Assembly: GCF_018977255.1 (NCBI RefSeq)
Contig: NW_024704742.1
Location: 72,914,001 to 72,978,000, forward strand
Source: Callorhinchus milii
Taxonomy: Eukaryota
Length of the DNA stretch: 64,000 nt
Direction: 5' to 3'
Position numbers and translations under genes: made by a program. Positions 41,767-52,749 of this stretch are shown here, one piece after another (the first letter of the stretch is position 1; every line of letters begins with the position of its first letter). The notes under the pieces were generated by a model. That model was not told the DNA's origin. It did not search any database and saw only the letters and a list, made by a program, of their open reading frames with translations.

Positions 41767-43352
41767 CAACAACAACAAAAAAAACCATAAAGCCCACAGG
41801 AAAAGGCGCTGACAGTGGTCATGAGAGCAGAAATGGTCAGGGTGAAAGGGAGGAGCAAAAATGGTTTTGGTAGGTAAAAGGATTCGGTGAAATGGGACTT
41901 GGGGGGGGAGGTGGAAGGACTGGGGAATTCCAGACCTGTGAAGGTGAACCGAAGGGTGGGGCGGGGGACGTGGAGCAGACCGGAGCCAGAGGAACGGAGG
42001 GTACGGGCAGGTAGGTAGGGGGATAGTAGGTTGGAGAGGTAGGAGGGAGCAAGGCCGTGAATGGCCTTGTAGGTGAGGATGAGGATCTTGAAATCAATCC
42101 TCTGGGGGATGGGGAGCCAGTGGAGGCGAGCGAGGGTGGGAGTGATGTGGTCGCGAAGCCTGGTGCGGGACAGTACACGAGCTGCAGAGTTCTGAATGAC
42201 CTGCAGCTTGTGGAGGGAGGTGGCGGGAAGGCCGGCGAGGAGAGAGTTCCCATAGTCCAGCCTTGAGGTGACAAAGGCGTGAACCAGGGTTTCAGCAGCG
42301 TGAGGGGTGAGGTAGTGCCGTAATCTGGCGATATTCCGGAGGTGATGGAAGGCGGTGCCAGTTGTGGTGCGGATGTGAGGGAGAAAGGACAGCTCAGGGT
42401 CGAACAAAACGCCGAGGTTCCTGACTGGCTTTGAGAGGTGGAGAGTGCAGCCTTGGATGCTGATGGTGTCAGCGCCTGAGGTGCGGAGGCGCTGACGTGA
42501 GCCAATCAGGAGGGCCTCGGTTTTTCGCACGTTGAGCTGAAGAAAGTTGTCTCTCGTCCAGGACTCGATGTCGGACAGGCAGGCTGTCAGGACATCGGTG
42601 GTCGTGGAGTTGAGAGTAGAGGAGGAAAGGTAGAGTTGGGTGTCATCCGCATACATGTGGAAGTTAACCCCATGTTTGCGGATGATGTCACCAAGGGGGA
42701 GCATATAGAGGGTGAAGAGGAGGGGACCGAGGACAGAGCCCTGAGGGACACCACATGAGACAGTACGGGGGGTGGAGGAGAAGCCATTCGTTGAGACGAA
42801 GTGAAGACGGTGGGAAAGGTAAGAGCTAAACCATTCAAGGACAGTGCCTTGAAGGTTGAGGTGGGAGGACAAGCGGTGGAGTAGGATAGCGTGGTCGACC
42901 GTATCGAATGCTGCCGATAGGTCGAGGAGGACGAGGAGACAGAGGGAGCCCTGGTCACAGATGGTCAGGATATCATTGGTGACCTTGACCAGGGCAGTTT
43001 CTGTGCTATGAGCAGCACGGAAACCTGACTGAAGGGGTTCAAAAAGAGAATGGTGAAGGAAAGAGCGCAGTTGGGAAGCGACAACTCTTTCCAAGACCTT
43101 GGAGAGAAAGGGGAGGTTGGAGATGGGCCGGTAGCTTGATAGCTGCGACGCATCAAGGGAGGGTTTTTTCAGGGTGGGCGTGATGATGGCAGTTTTTAAT
43201 GGAATGGGGACAGAGCCAGAGGAGAGGGACAGGTTTATGATGTCAGTGATGTGTGGGGCAAGAAAATGGAGCTGGGAGATAAGGAGTGGAGTGGGGATGA
43301 GGTCAAGGGAGCAGGTGGTTGGTTTTAGGGATAGGATGAGTTCAGTGATAGG
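41767..43352 (-). mobile_element. Young 5'-truncated L2 LINE with an uninterrupted RT-domain ORF (41682..43358)
   Basis: 558-aa ORF with [40 protein letters not shown] and YADD intact. No APE endonuclease domain. Confidence 0.95.
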
Positions 43353-43384
43353 TGACATTGGTCATACTGTTTATAGTATCTCTC

Positions 43385-43721
43385 TCAGCAATGCAGGCTA
43401 ATGGTATGTTCAAGCTTTTCCAGTTTCTTTTTGATATCCTCCTTTCTGCAGGTACCTATCCTGTCCTTCAACAATACCTGGAGATCTTCACACCACTTTG
43501 GCATCCAGACAAAACTCTGATTCTGGCTGATCCCATGAAAGATTTTAATGAGGAAATAGACAAGGGTCTCACTGTCACATACCTGACACCTCTGGAGTAT
43601 CCAATCACACCATCCCTCCCACAAACAATCATTACTGAAGCCTGTGACCAGAAGACTAGAATCGAGCAGGTTCTGGTGGAGCTTTTCAACATCCTCTTCT
43701 TCAAGCTTGTTTCCAATTAAC
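43385..43721 (-). CDS. NLR terminal coding exon, LIGNKLEEEDVEKLHQNLLDSSLLVTGFSNDCLWEGWCDWILQRCQVCDSETLVYFLIKIFHGISQNQSFVWMPKWCEDLQVLLKDRIGTCRKEDIKKKLEKLEHTISLHC*
   Basis: Acceptor catttttag in phase 2. Begins with a final LRR strand (LIGNKL); 111 open codons to TGA. Confidence 0.85.
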
Positions 43722-44590
43722 CTAAAAAATGGGGTCACAATATCAAATGTCAAGTCAGACTGATGAAAGGAACACAGCAGACCACACATTGCCTTTGTCA
43801 CATTATATAATCCACTGTTTAAGGCATGCAAAAACACAATGCTAATGCAGTGGAACCTTGTTATAATGTACTTGGTTATAAAGCAGGTTTGCTTAAACAT
43901 CCCAAAACATTTGAAAATGTCAACTCCACCAGTGCTTCAACCCACTGACCACCCAAAGACCACATGACCAACCTAGAGGTCATCAGGTTGCCATTGATCC
44001 CACTTCTTGTGTGCCTGCATGGTGAATGCAGAGGCAATAACTGCCAATTGTGCCTTATAATGGAGCTCAACTGAACAATATACTGGCCAAAAATCCTCCA
44101 GTTAAATTGAACAATCACTTCATTGCTGTTTTTGAGAACTTGCTGTGCTCAAATTGACTACCACATTTGCCTTAAATAAACAGTCATTTGATGACACTTG
44201 ATGACATTTACCTAGGAAGCACCTTAAAGTGTATCAGTGTTCTAAACACTGAATCCAATACAAGAACGATTATTGGAGGATATTTTTACTGTGGTATAAT
44301 CAAGATATTTGGCATTATGTGTTGTATGATTTCATCTTTATTAGAATTTTATTTAGGCCATTCCATTCCACCTCACCTGACATATAAAGTTGCAAAATCA
44401 AAAACTATCCTCTAAAAATAATAATCCTTAATTTAATACAGTGTAATATATGTCAAAGATGTCTCAAAGTTTCTATAAAGCATTGGTGTAGGTGTAAGTG
44501 GCAGTCAATTTGCTCACAGCAATGTACCACCAACAACCATGATTCAAGTGACCAATTTTATTTGGAAAATGTTGGCCAGGACACCAGGTT

Positions 44591-46100
44591 CAACAATAAC
44601 AAATTACATTTATAGAGCACCTTTCACGTCGGGTGGACGTCCCAAAGTGCTGAACAGTCAGGTGTCGGGGCCCGATCATGGGAGAGGGGTGGTGTAGGGG
44701 TGAGGGAAGGCAGAGAGGTGGAGGGAGACCAAAGGCATAGTCAAAGAGAAGGGTCTTGAGACCAGCCTTGAAGGAGACAAGGGAGGAAGCGAGGTGAAAG
44801 GACCGTGGATGGAGTTCCAGTGTGTGGGGGCAGAGAGGCTGAAAGCCCAGCCACTGATGGTAGGGCAGCTCGGACAGGAGACAAGGAGCAGACCGGAGCC
44901 TGATGAAATGAGGGAGCGGGCAAGTTGGTAGGGAGTCAGCAGATCAGAGAGGTAGGAGGGGGCAAGGCCATGGATGGCCTTAAAGGTGAGGACAAGGATC
45001 TTGAACTCGATCCTCTGGGTGATGAGGAGCCAGTGGAGTCGGGCGAGGGTGGGAGTGATGGGTCGCAGAGCCTGGTGCGTGAAAGTACACGAGCTGCAGA
45101 GTTTTGGATGATCTGGAGCTTGTGAAGGGAAGAGTTGGGAAGGCCGAAGAGGAGGGCGTTCCCGTAATCAAGCCTTGAGGTGACGAATGCATAGGTGAGG
45201 GTTTCGGCAGCCTGAGGGGTGAGGCAGTGGCGGAGTCTGGCAATGTTGCAGAGGTGGTGGTAGGCAGTGCCGGTCATGGCGCGGTAGTGGGGGAGAAAGG
45301 ACAGTTCAACAACAACAACAACAACAAGATTCCATTTATAGAGCGCCTTTCACGTCAGGAGGACGTCCCAAGGCGCTGCACAGTTGGGGGGGGGGGGGAG
45401 GGGGGGGGGGGGGGGGGGGGGTGGGGGGGGGGGAGGGAGGGGGGGGGGAGGAGAAGGAGAGTCGAAGGTTCAGGGTCAAACGATACCCTGGTTCCTGACT
45501 GGCTTAGTGAGGTTGAGTGTGCAGCCGTGGAGGTTGATGCTGCCAGCGCCTGAGGTGCAGAGGCGCTGGCGCGAGCCAATCAGGAGGGCCTCGGTCTTGC
45601 TGACATTGAGTTGGAGAAAGTTGTCCTCGTCCAGGACTTGATGTCGGACAGGCAGTCGGTCAGGACGCCAGTCGTCCTGGAGTTCAGGGTCGAAGCAGAG
45701 GGGTAGAGTTGGGTGTCATCCGCATACATGTGGAAATTTACCCCATGTCTGCAGACGATGTCACCAAGGGGGAGCGTGTAGAGGGTGAAGAGGAGCGGAC
45801 CGAGGACAGAGCCCTGAAGAATACCGCACAAGACAGTGCGGGGGCTGGAGGAGAAGCCGTTTGCCACAACGAAGTGGAGGTAGTGTGAAAGGTAGGACCT
45901 GAACCAGTCAAGGACAGAACCTTGAAGGTTATTTGAGGTGGAGAGGGCGAGGCGGTGAAAAATCAATTCACTTTACAGTGTGTTGGAGGTCCTTCCCACG
46001 GTGCTTCAAAGGTGGCGGAGAGGTCGAGGATGATGAAGAGGCAGAGGGAGCCCTGGTCACACATGGTCAGGATGTCATTTGTGACCTTGACCAGAGCAGT
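44591..46100 (-). mobile_element. L2 LINE with a nested L2 3'-tail insertion (45309-45467)
   Basis: RT motifs on the - strand. The nested tail, (caa)n plus G tracts, is flanked by gttca at 45304-45308 and 45468-45472. Confidence 0.9.
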
Positions 46101-46435
46101 TCCCTTTTCTTTTGAAATTCAAAAAGTGCCGTAGTATCTTTAAGATCTTGAACATATTCTGGACCTCAGTTTAGCATTTCATACAAACAACAGCAAATGC
46201 AACCCTACAGCACACCCCCAATAACAACTGGAGTGTCAGCCTCAACTGTGGGTTCAAAGTTCCAACATGGGGCTTGAACTGGCAATCCTGTGGGGCTTTT
46301 TAGAACAAGTATGAGAATGCTACCAACTGTGCTGACAATCAGCTACAAATAGATACAAGAGTTCTTAGAGTCGTTAATGTTACTGTCCAGCCACAACCTT
46401 CCCCTCCCCAGATCCCACTTTCATGATCAAGATAC

Positions 46436-46519
46436 ACCACTTTCTTTAACGTAGAATTGTTCTTCAAGAACACGGAAAATCTAGAAATCCCTTCATAGTC
46501 AATGTTATTTCCTTCAATC
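46436..46519 (-). CDS. NLR LRR exon 3 (84 nt, phase 2 to 2), (W)IEGNNIDYEGISRFSVFLKNNSTLKKV(V)
   Basis: Acceptor ttcattttaag and donor gt|gtatct. LRR consensus GN.I...G.....L..N.TL.. Confidence 0.9.
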
Positions 46520-47671
46520 CTTAAAATGAAATTAAAAAAAACATTTGCTGGGAGACATCAATCTGACCTTTTACTTTGATGAAAATATAATAATAATAAC
46601 CCTTGCATTTGATACAGCTCCTTATCATACCATCAAGACATCTCAAAGCACTTGAGTGAACAGCCTCAATTCCATTATTAGTAAAGTGGTTTGAATTAAT
46701 AGAGAGGCAACTAAGGAATGCAGCACAGTATTCACTGACCTTCCCATATCTTCTTTATTTAACCCTTTTGAACACTTCACAGATAAAGGAGTCCAATTTG
46801 AGGTATTTCTAAATGGGAATCCTTGACAAAGAATCCGAGTCACCAAAAAAGGATTCCATCCCGAAACAGAAAAAACATTGCAGTCGACTGCACATAGTTC
46901 TAGTTACCACAACATAAGATGCCAGGGCCCCAGATGCAGTGAGGAGGAGAGCAACAAAGATGACCCAACTTGTTAGAGCTATGAATTGAGCTATGAGCAA
47001 CAATTACACAAGCTAGGGTTCTTCATTGCTGAAAAAAGTCATCTCAAAAGGGATCTTACAGAGGTGTATAAAATGTTAAATATGATTGAAAAAGTAAACC
47101 CAGAACAACACTTTGTGATGAACCAAGACAATAAAATAATAGGATATAGGTTTAGAGTTGTAAAGGGCAAATAAAGGACAGACACCAGGAAGTTTGTCTT
47201 TACTCAGACAGTGAGCAACTGGAACATTTTACCAGAAAGAGTGGTTGAGGTCAGGACACTGGACTCATTTAAATAACAGCTGATACTGTGATGGGAAGAA
47301 ACTGAAAGACGGGTATTCTGGAATGATGAGATCAAATAGGCTGAATGGCCTTTTCATCCAAACCAATCTTGTGACTCCCACTCACAATAACTCTACTCCA
47401 TTATGGCCAACTTCCCGGGAAGAAATCCCACTGGACATATGGAATTCTAATGGGACTCCCTCAATAAAAATTCTATTACCACAAAGAAGGAGTGGTATCT
47501 ATGGATTTCCTCTGCTTTCACCTATGTTTTAAAGGGCTATACTTCAAATTACTACTTCATTAGCAAATAGTATATTTAAGAACATATATGTTAAGTTGAT
47601 GGTTGAGGCCAGGACATTGAACTAATTTAAATAACAGCTTGATACTGTGATGGGAGGATAATAAAGCTTAC

Positions 47672-47755
47672 CACAATGCCAGAAGAGTTTTGTTATCTTT
47701 CATTGCTTTCTGGAGCTCTCTTAGCTCATTGTTTCCAATGTTTGTCCAGCCAAGA
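47672..47755 (-). CDS. NLR LRR exon 2 (84 nt, phase 2 to 2), (G)LGWTNIGNNELRELQKAMKDNKTLLAL(W)
   Basis: Acceptor ttcttctcacacacag and donor tg|gtaagc. Canonical 84-nt NLR LRR exon. Confidence 0.92.
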
Positions 47756-47954
47756 CTGTGTGTGAGAAGAAAATAAATACTTTCATCTGAATTAACAGTA
47801 TGTCAGTCCAACATGATCACAACAGTCACAGATTCATAACAATAGAGTGTAGCTGCAGTCTAAGTTACGCAATTCCTGAAAAATCAAATATGAATAACAT
47901 GAATTACCCAGATGTATGGAAGTAGGCTTCCTCCCACTTCCCCCACCCAGCACC

Positions 47955-48482
47955 TTTCTCCAAAACTCTGCAGCTCGTGTACTCTCACGAACCAGGCTCC
48001 GTGACCCCATCACTCCCACCCTTGCCCGACTCCACTGGCACCTCAGCCCCTAGAGTATCGAGTTCTAGATCCTTATCCTCACCTTTAAGGCCATCCATGA
48101 CCTTGCCACCTCCTACCTCTCTGACCTGCTGAGTCCCTACCAACTTGCCCGCTCCCTCCGTTCAGCGGGCTCTGGCCTGCTCCATGTCTCCCACCCGACC
48201 CGCCCTACCATCAGTGGCCAGGCTTTCAGCCTCTCTACCCCCACACTCTGGAACTCCAGCCCACGGTCCCTTCACCTCGCTTCCTCCCTTGCCTTCTTCA
48301 AGGCCGGTCTCAAGACCCTTCTCTTCGACCATGCCTTTGGTCTCCCTCCCACCTCTCTGCCTTCCCTCACCCCTACACCACCCCTCCCCCATGCTCGGGC
48401 CCCGACACCTGACTGTTCAGCGCTTTGGGACATCCTCCCGACATGAAAGGTGCTCTATAAATGTAATTTTGTTGTTGTTGTT
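47955..48482 (+). mobile_element. L2 LINE 3' fragment, same subfamily as 44591-45110
   Basis: Shares the diagnostic 3'UTR ccctcacccctacaccaccc...gggccccgacacctgactgttcagc. Confidence 0.9.
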
Positions 48483-50235
48483 CTCGATGTTTTGTCCGTA
48501 AAACCAGGAGTGGTTTTTCTTTCCAGCCTTTTCTACTGCCAACAGGCATTAAAAATCCTTTGTTCCGGGATAAATCACATTGTCAAAACATCTCGAAGAG
48601 CTTCATAGGATTTGTTGTAAAGCATAGTCACTGCTCATAGGTAGGGAAACACACCAGCTAATTTGCACCCAGCAATGGCTGCTGCGTTTAAATACACAGT
48701 CACCCTTCACAGTATATTCTATGAAGCGTTTTGAGATGTTTCGATGATGTGATAAGGCGCTATATCAAATGCAAGGATTATTGTTACATCGGCCCAAAAG
48801 GCCCGGTCTCTTCCCTATACATTAATACCGAAAAATTATCATCTATGTCAATGTCGACATAAACTCTGGCACATCTTATACCGACAAATTGTTTAGGTCC
48901 CAAACAGTATTAAAGGCATTATTTTATTACAGTTGATGTCGACAGTGTACTCTTAAATTACTATTTTTTACTTGTATGATTATTTTTGTAAATAAGGTAA
49001 TGAAAATACATGTAAATAAATGGTTCAAGAATTTGAATTAAATTTATGACTTTTTCAGTAAATGAATAAAAATACATGTTAATCCATGGTACAGAGATTT
49101 TAATCACAGAATATCTATTGCCTGCTTGTGACATGTTGACAGAAATGGGTAGGCCTGTATATTGTCCCATCCAAAAGATGGCATCTTTAATAATGCCTCC
49201 CTCCCCCACCACTGCAATGGAATGCCAGCCTGGGCTGTGAGTTCAAAGTCACAACATTGGGACAAGCCCGGCTGACACCACAGGATTTACTCAAACTCAA
49301 AGCAAAAAGCTATCCTGCTAAACTGGCAGTTGAGTGCAAAGATTAATTTCTATTAATTCTGGATGAAAATAGTGGTGGGTGATAATAATTAAGAAATGGT
49401 AAAGAATTTTCCTGTTAAAAATAATGTCCTTTTACATTTGTTAATGATGGGTTTGGGACTGAATTACCATCCTAACTTCAGGAAAATGGTTTCCCCCGTC
49501 AGACTTCTCACAGTCAGTTTGACTGACACTTATTGTAAAACTTGCTAAAATTCTTAGCAAGTCAACTTTTTGACTCCCAGTCATTAGAATTAGTCAATTT
49601 TTTGGCCAATTTTTGGCCAAAGTCTGGCAAAGTAGCATGAAATGTGGCCTGATTGTAGACTTTCACATCCACTTAGAATGTCATAAATTTAACCTTTACT
49701 TTTTTAAAGAGAAGGGCAGTAACACAAATGATAACAATAATCCTTATATTAGTTATAGTGCCTTATCATGTCTTCGAGACATCTCAAAGTGCTTCACAGA
49801 ATATACTGTAAAGTGAATTGACTGTATTTTGTGGGCGAAACGCATGAGACGTGATGATAAATGGGTTGACTGGTCTCACGGAACTCACAGAGGCTCTGTC
49901 ACTTGTTCTGTAGCACTGCAAGTGTCAAGAGTATTCCCTGACACTGAACCAGAGTTGTAGGAATAGTCTGTAGAATCAGCTCTATGGTGACAACTATTGA
50001 CTCTTAGACGTCCTTCAAAGAACAGTTCAAGTGAAAAAAAACTCTTTGGATAATTTCATCTTTCCAGAATACTGACCTTTCCACATTGCGCTTACAGCAT
50101 CAAGCTTCTTACATCTAATTAAAGCAGCCAAAGTACAGGATATTAACAAATATTAACAAAAGCTCAGTGTGAACCAGTTGATTGGGGCTGTACTTATTGA
50201 AGAACTCAGCTATACAACAACCCACAAAACGTTAC

Positions 50236-50316
50236 CCCAGATGACGCAGGTTTGCCGATTCCAGGAGTTCACACAGGATTTGAATTGCCTCTGAATCCAG
50301 TTTATTTTCTCCGCAC
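50236..50316 (-). CDS. NLR LRR exon 1 (81 nt, phase 2 to 2), (W)CGENKLDSEAIQILCELLESANLRHL(G)
   Basis: Acceptor gattttcaag and donor gg|gtaacg. Ribonuclease-inhibitor-type LRR. Confidence 0.9.
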
Positions 50317-51155
50317 CTTGAAAATCAGGGAAGCAATTCAAACAATAAAAGTGAGATAATTTGGTATTTTATTTTATTTTTTAAAATTTAGTCTGGTTAT
50401 ATTTTCTAACGTTCTCCCCATGATATATACCTCTCTGCTCCTCATTTGGTCTCATCTTACTCATCCATAGCGACTGTTTTAAGCACTCTGAAACACAAGC
50501 CCACGTGAAGGGTGCTATATAAATGCAAGTTGTTGTTATTGCCCTCTGGTACCCTGCCTCAATGGCCATTATTCCTATGTGAGCCTTGGCTGTGAATGTC
50601 TGCAGGCCACTCAAATAGAGAATCTCACATCTGGGTCAAACCTCTCTGCATCTGGTTGTCATACATCAGTAAAGGATGCTAAAGAGGAACTTGGTTGTTT
50701 TTCCCTTCCTCCCCCGCTCCACCAAAACTGCACCAAGTATCAGCCCAGATCACGAGCTCCAAGTCCTCCCACAAGCTTCTGACTCAGAGGCTAGAGTGCT
50801 CTCTTCCCACACCTTTAACAATAGCTTTAAATACATTCATTTGAAATGATTTAATCTTAAATGTTCTTTTGAACAAGTCTGAAGCTGACATTAGTTCTCT
50901 GAGTTTAAAGTCTCAGCTATATTAATTCTCTCAAGTTGAGTTCTCAAAGATCCCTTCCCCAATTATTTCATGAATTGTAAGTGAAACAGTCACCTTTAAC
51001 TAAGATGATTAGTTTAAACATGACTGAAACTGATTTCCTTCCCTCAGCTATGAGAGCTCGGTAATTCCACAATACATTTAGAGCAAGACTAAGCCACAGC
51101 TTTGTTGCTCAAGTGATTGAAATTAAAAACGCTGGTTGTTAATGTAAGTGCTTAC

Positions 51156-51528
51156 CACAGTTTCTCACATCGGTACACATAGGGCTGTAAACTCCTCAGT
51201 GCAGCCCCATTCTTGTTCGTGGCTGTCACATCCAGTTCGACAAGGTCTTCACTCTTCATATCCAGAAAGTACTTCAACACACTGAGATCGATTGGACCAA
51301 GAGCGTTGTCACTAACATTGATGCGTAGGCTTTTGGGGGTTATCTTCTCTGCTAAAGAATGGTTTTGTTGTTCAAACAGACAGTGCAGAAGATTTAAGAT
51401 GTTTGATCCATTTTCACAGTGCTCTGTGATCTCAGCTAGTAACCAACAGAGATAGGACTCCGTTTTTGTGTCTTCATCCAAAAGGATATGCTTGGAGAGC
51501 AGAGTCTGGTTTCTGTCTGACAGCAGAC
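51156..51528 (-). CDS. Intact 3' part of the NLR large exon (HD2 and first LRRs), GLLSDRNQTLLSKHILLDED...ILNLLHCLFEQQN...LGPIDLSVLKYFL...LVELDVTATN...RCEKLW
   Basis: 123 uninterrupted codons with the NLR HD2 motif LNLLHCLFE. Donor tg|gtaagc. Internal acceptor tttcctttgatttctctcag in phase 1. Confidence 0.8.
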
Positions 51529-52315
51529 CTGAGAGAAATCAAAGGAAAGTGTGTGAATGAGAAAACTCCCTCCCCCAATTCTGGCTCCTGGACACAGGTT
51601 TGGTCCAGAAAACTACTGACAAAATCCTTCAGGTCAATATGACAAGCCTCCAGACCAGGTTCATAGAAAAGAAGTTCACCATGGAGGAGACTGTTAATGA
51701 TGACCGGCAGGTCACTCTCTTCATCGGGGTCAAGTAATAATGTAATAATTCCCATCGAAACGGTCATAAAATTTAAACTCATCAAAGCCATCTAGAATCA
51801 CCAGCAGCTTCTGTGTATTTTTAAACACAAAGTCCAGCACTTTTGACAAGTGACCATGCTTTTTTAAAATCACACTCCGGAAGCTCATCGCTTTATTGAT
51901 CAAATTAAGATCCAGAAACGTGAAGTGGATGAGGAACTCAAAGTTCTCGAAGATCTGGTTGTTTGCCCAGTCATAAACAATCTTTTGCAAGAGGAAGGTT
52001 TAGCCTATGCCCGCAATGCCAGAGACTAGAATTTTGCTTGGAGCTCTTTGGTCATTGATCGGCATAAATAACTGGTTTGGTTCAATTGCCATTCTCTCAG
52101 TGCTCTTCTCTTGCAAGTATGTGTGCTGCTGCCCAAATGTCAGCAGTTCATGCTTTTTTAGTTCTGGACTGTAGTGCCCTTCAATAAAGCAGTAAGTTTA
52201 TGAACTGCTCAGCCCGATGGGTTTTCTCTCCAGGCCGTGTGTTGTAGTGCACAACCTTCTCATTTCTCCGACTAAGAACTCCTTTGTGTTTCTTTTTTTA
52301 CCACTGGCCAGTATT
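51529..52315 (-). pseudogene. Disrupted NACHT (NTPase) portion of the large NLR exon
   Basis: Original acceptor cccttcag before 52315. Walker A reads KILVSGIAGIG*T (TAA at 52000-52002), followed by QKIVYDWA, Walker B KLLVILDGFDE, SLLHGELL and winged-helix VFSFTH. Frameshifts near 52296, 52187 and 51732, two internal deletions near 51670 and 51547, and TGA at 51539-51541. Confidence 0.9.
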
Positions 52316-52749
52316 CTGAAGGGATGGGAAATGAAGTAAAGAAAGAAAGTTTTAACATTTCAAACAAGATTAGTATTTCACATTGAACCAGCTTTCAGTG
52401 ACTAGATTCAGTTTTCAGAATTTATATCAAGTCTGAATCACATGTGAATAGCCATGATTAATGCAAGAATTATTATTAAGATCTGAAATTAGAACCTTTT
52501 TAGACTTCCAAAATAGTGTAAAAAAACAACAAATTTACATTCATATTGTGCCTCTCACGTCATCCAATGGACATGTGAATGACCTTTGATCTACACAGAT
52601 TCCAGTATTTTGGTGCTTGTTCAGGATATGCCAGGTTAACCCAACATTAAAAGTTGTCATATCACATATTGAATTCTCCGCCTCTACAGCACAATACAAT
52701 ATATAGTGCCTTTCAAGTCAGGAAAACATCTCCAAGGGACAGTACTTAC

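Noticed and set aside
41837..42958. Long Ser/Pro-rich alternative-frame ORFs (also 62951..63625, 4743..5330 in part, and 23634..23942)
   Set aside because: Shadow frames of C-rich L2 sequence.
41682..43358. Domesticated RT gene or a retron/DGR-type system
   Set aside because: It is a 5'-truncated L2 with a near-identical sibling at ~63170-64000 and a LINE tail. There is no prokaryotic context and no CRISPR array in the window.
43352..43720. 122-aa + strand ORF with a hydrophobic N-terminus
   Set aside because: Antisense shadow of the NLR terminal exon.
46740..46808. 69-nt AG/GT-bounded segment between NLR LRR exons 2 and 3
   Set aside because: It is not LRR-like, and inclusion would create TGA at the upstream junction.
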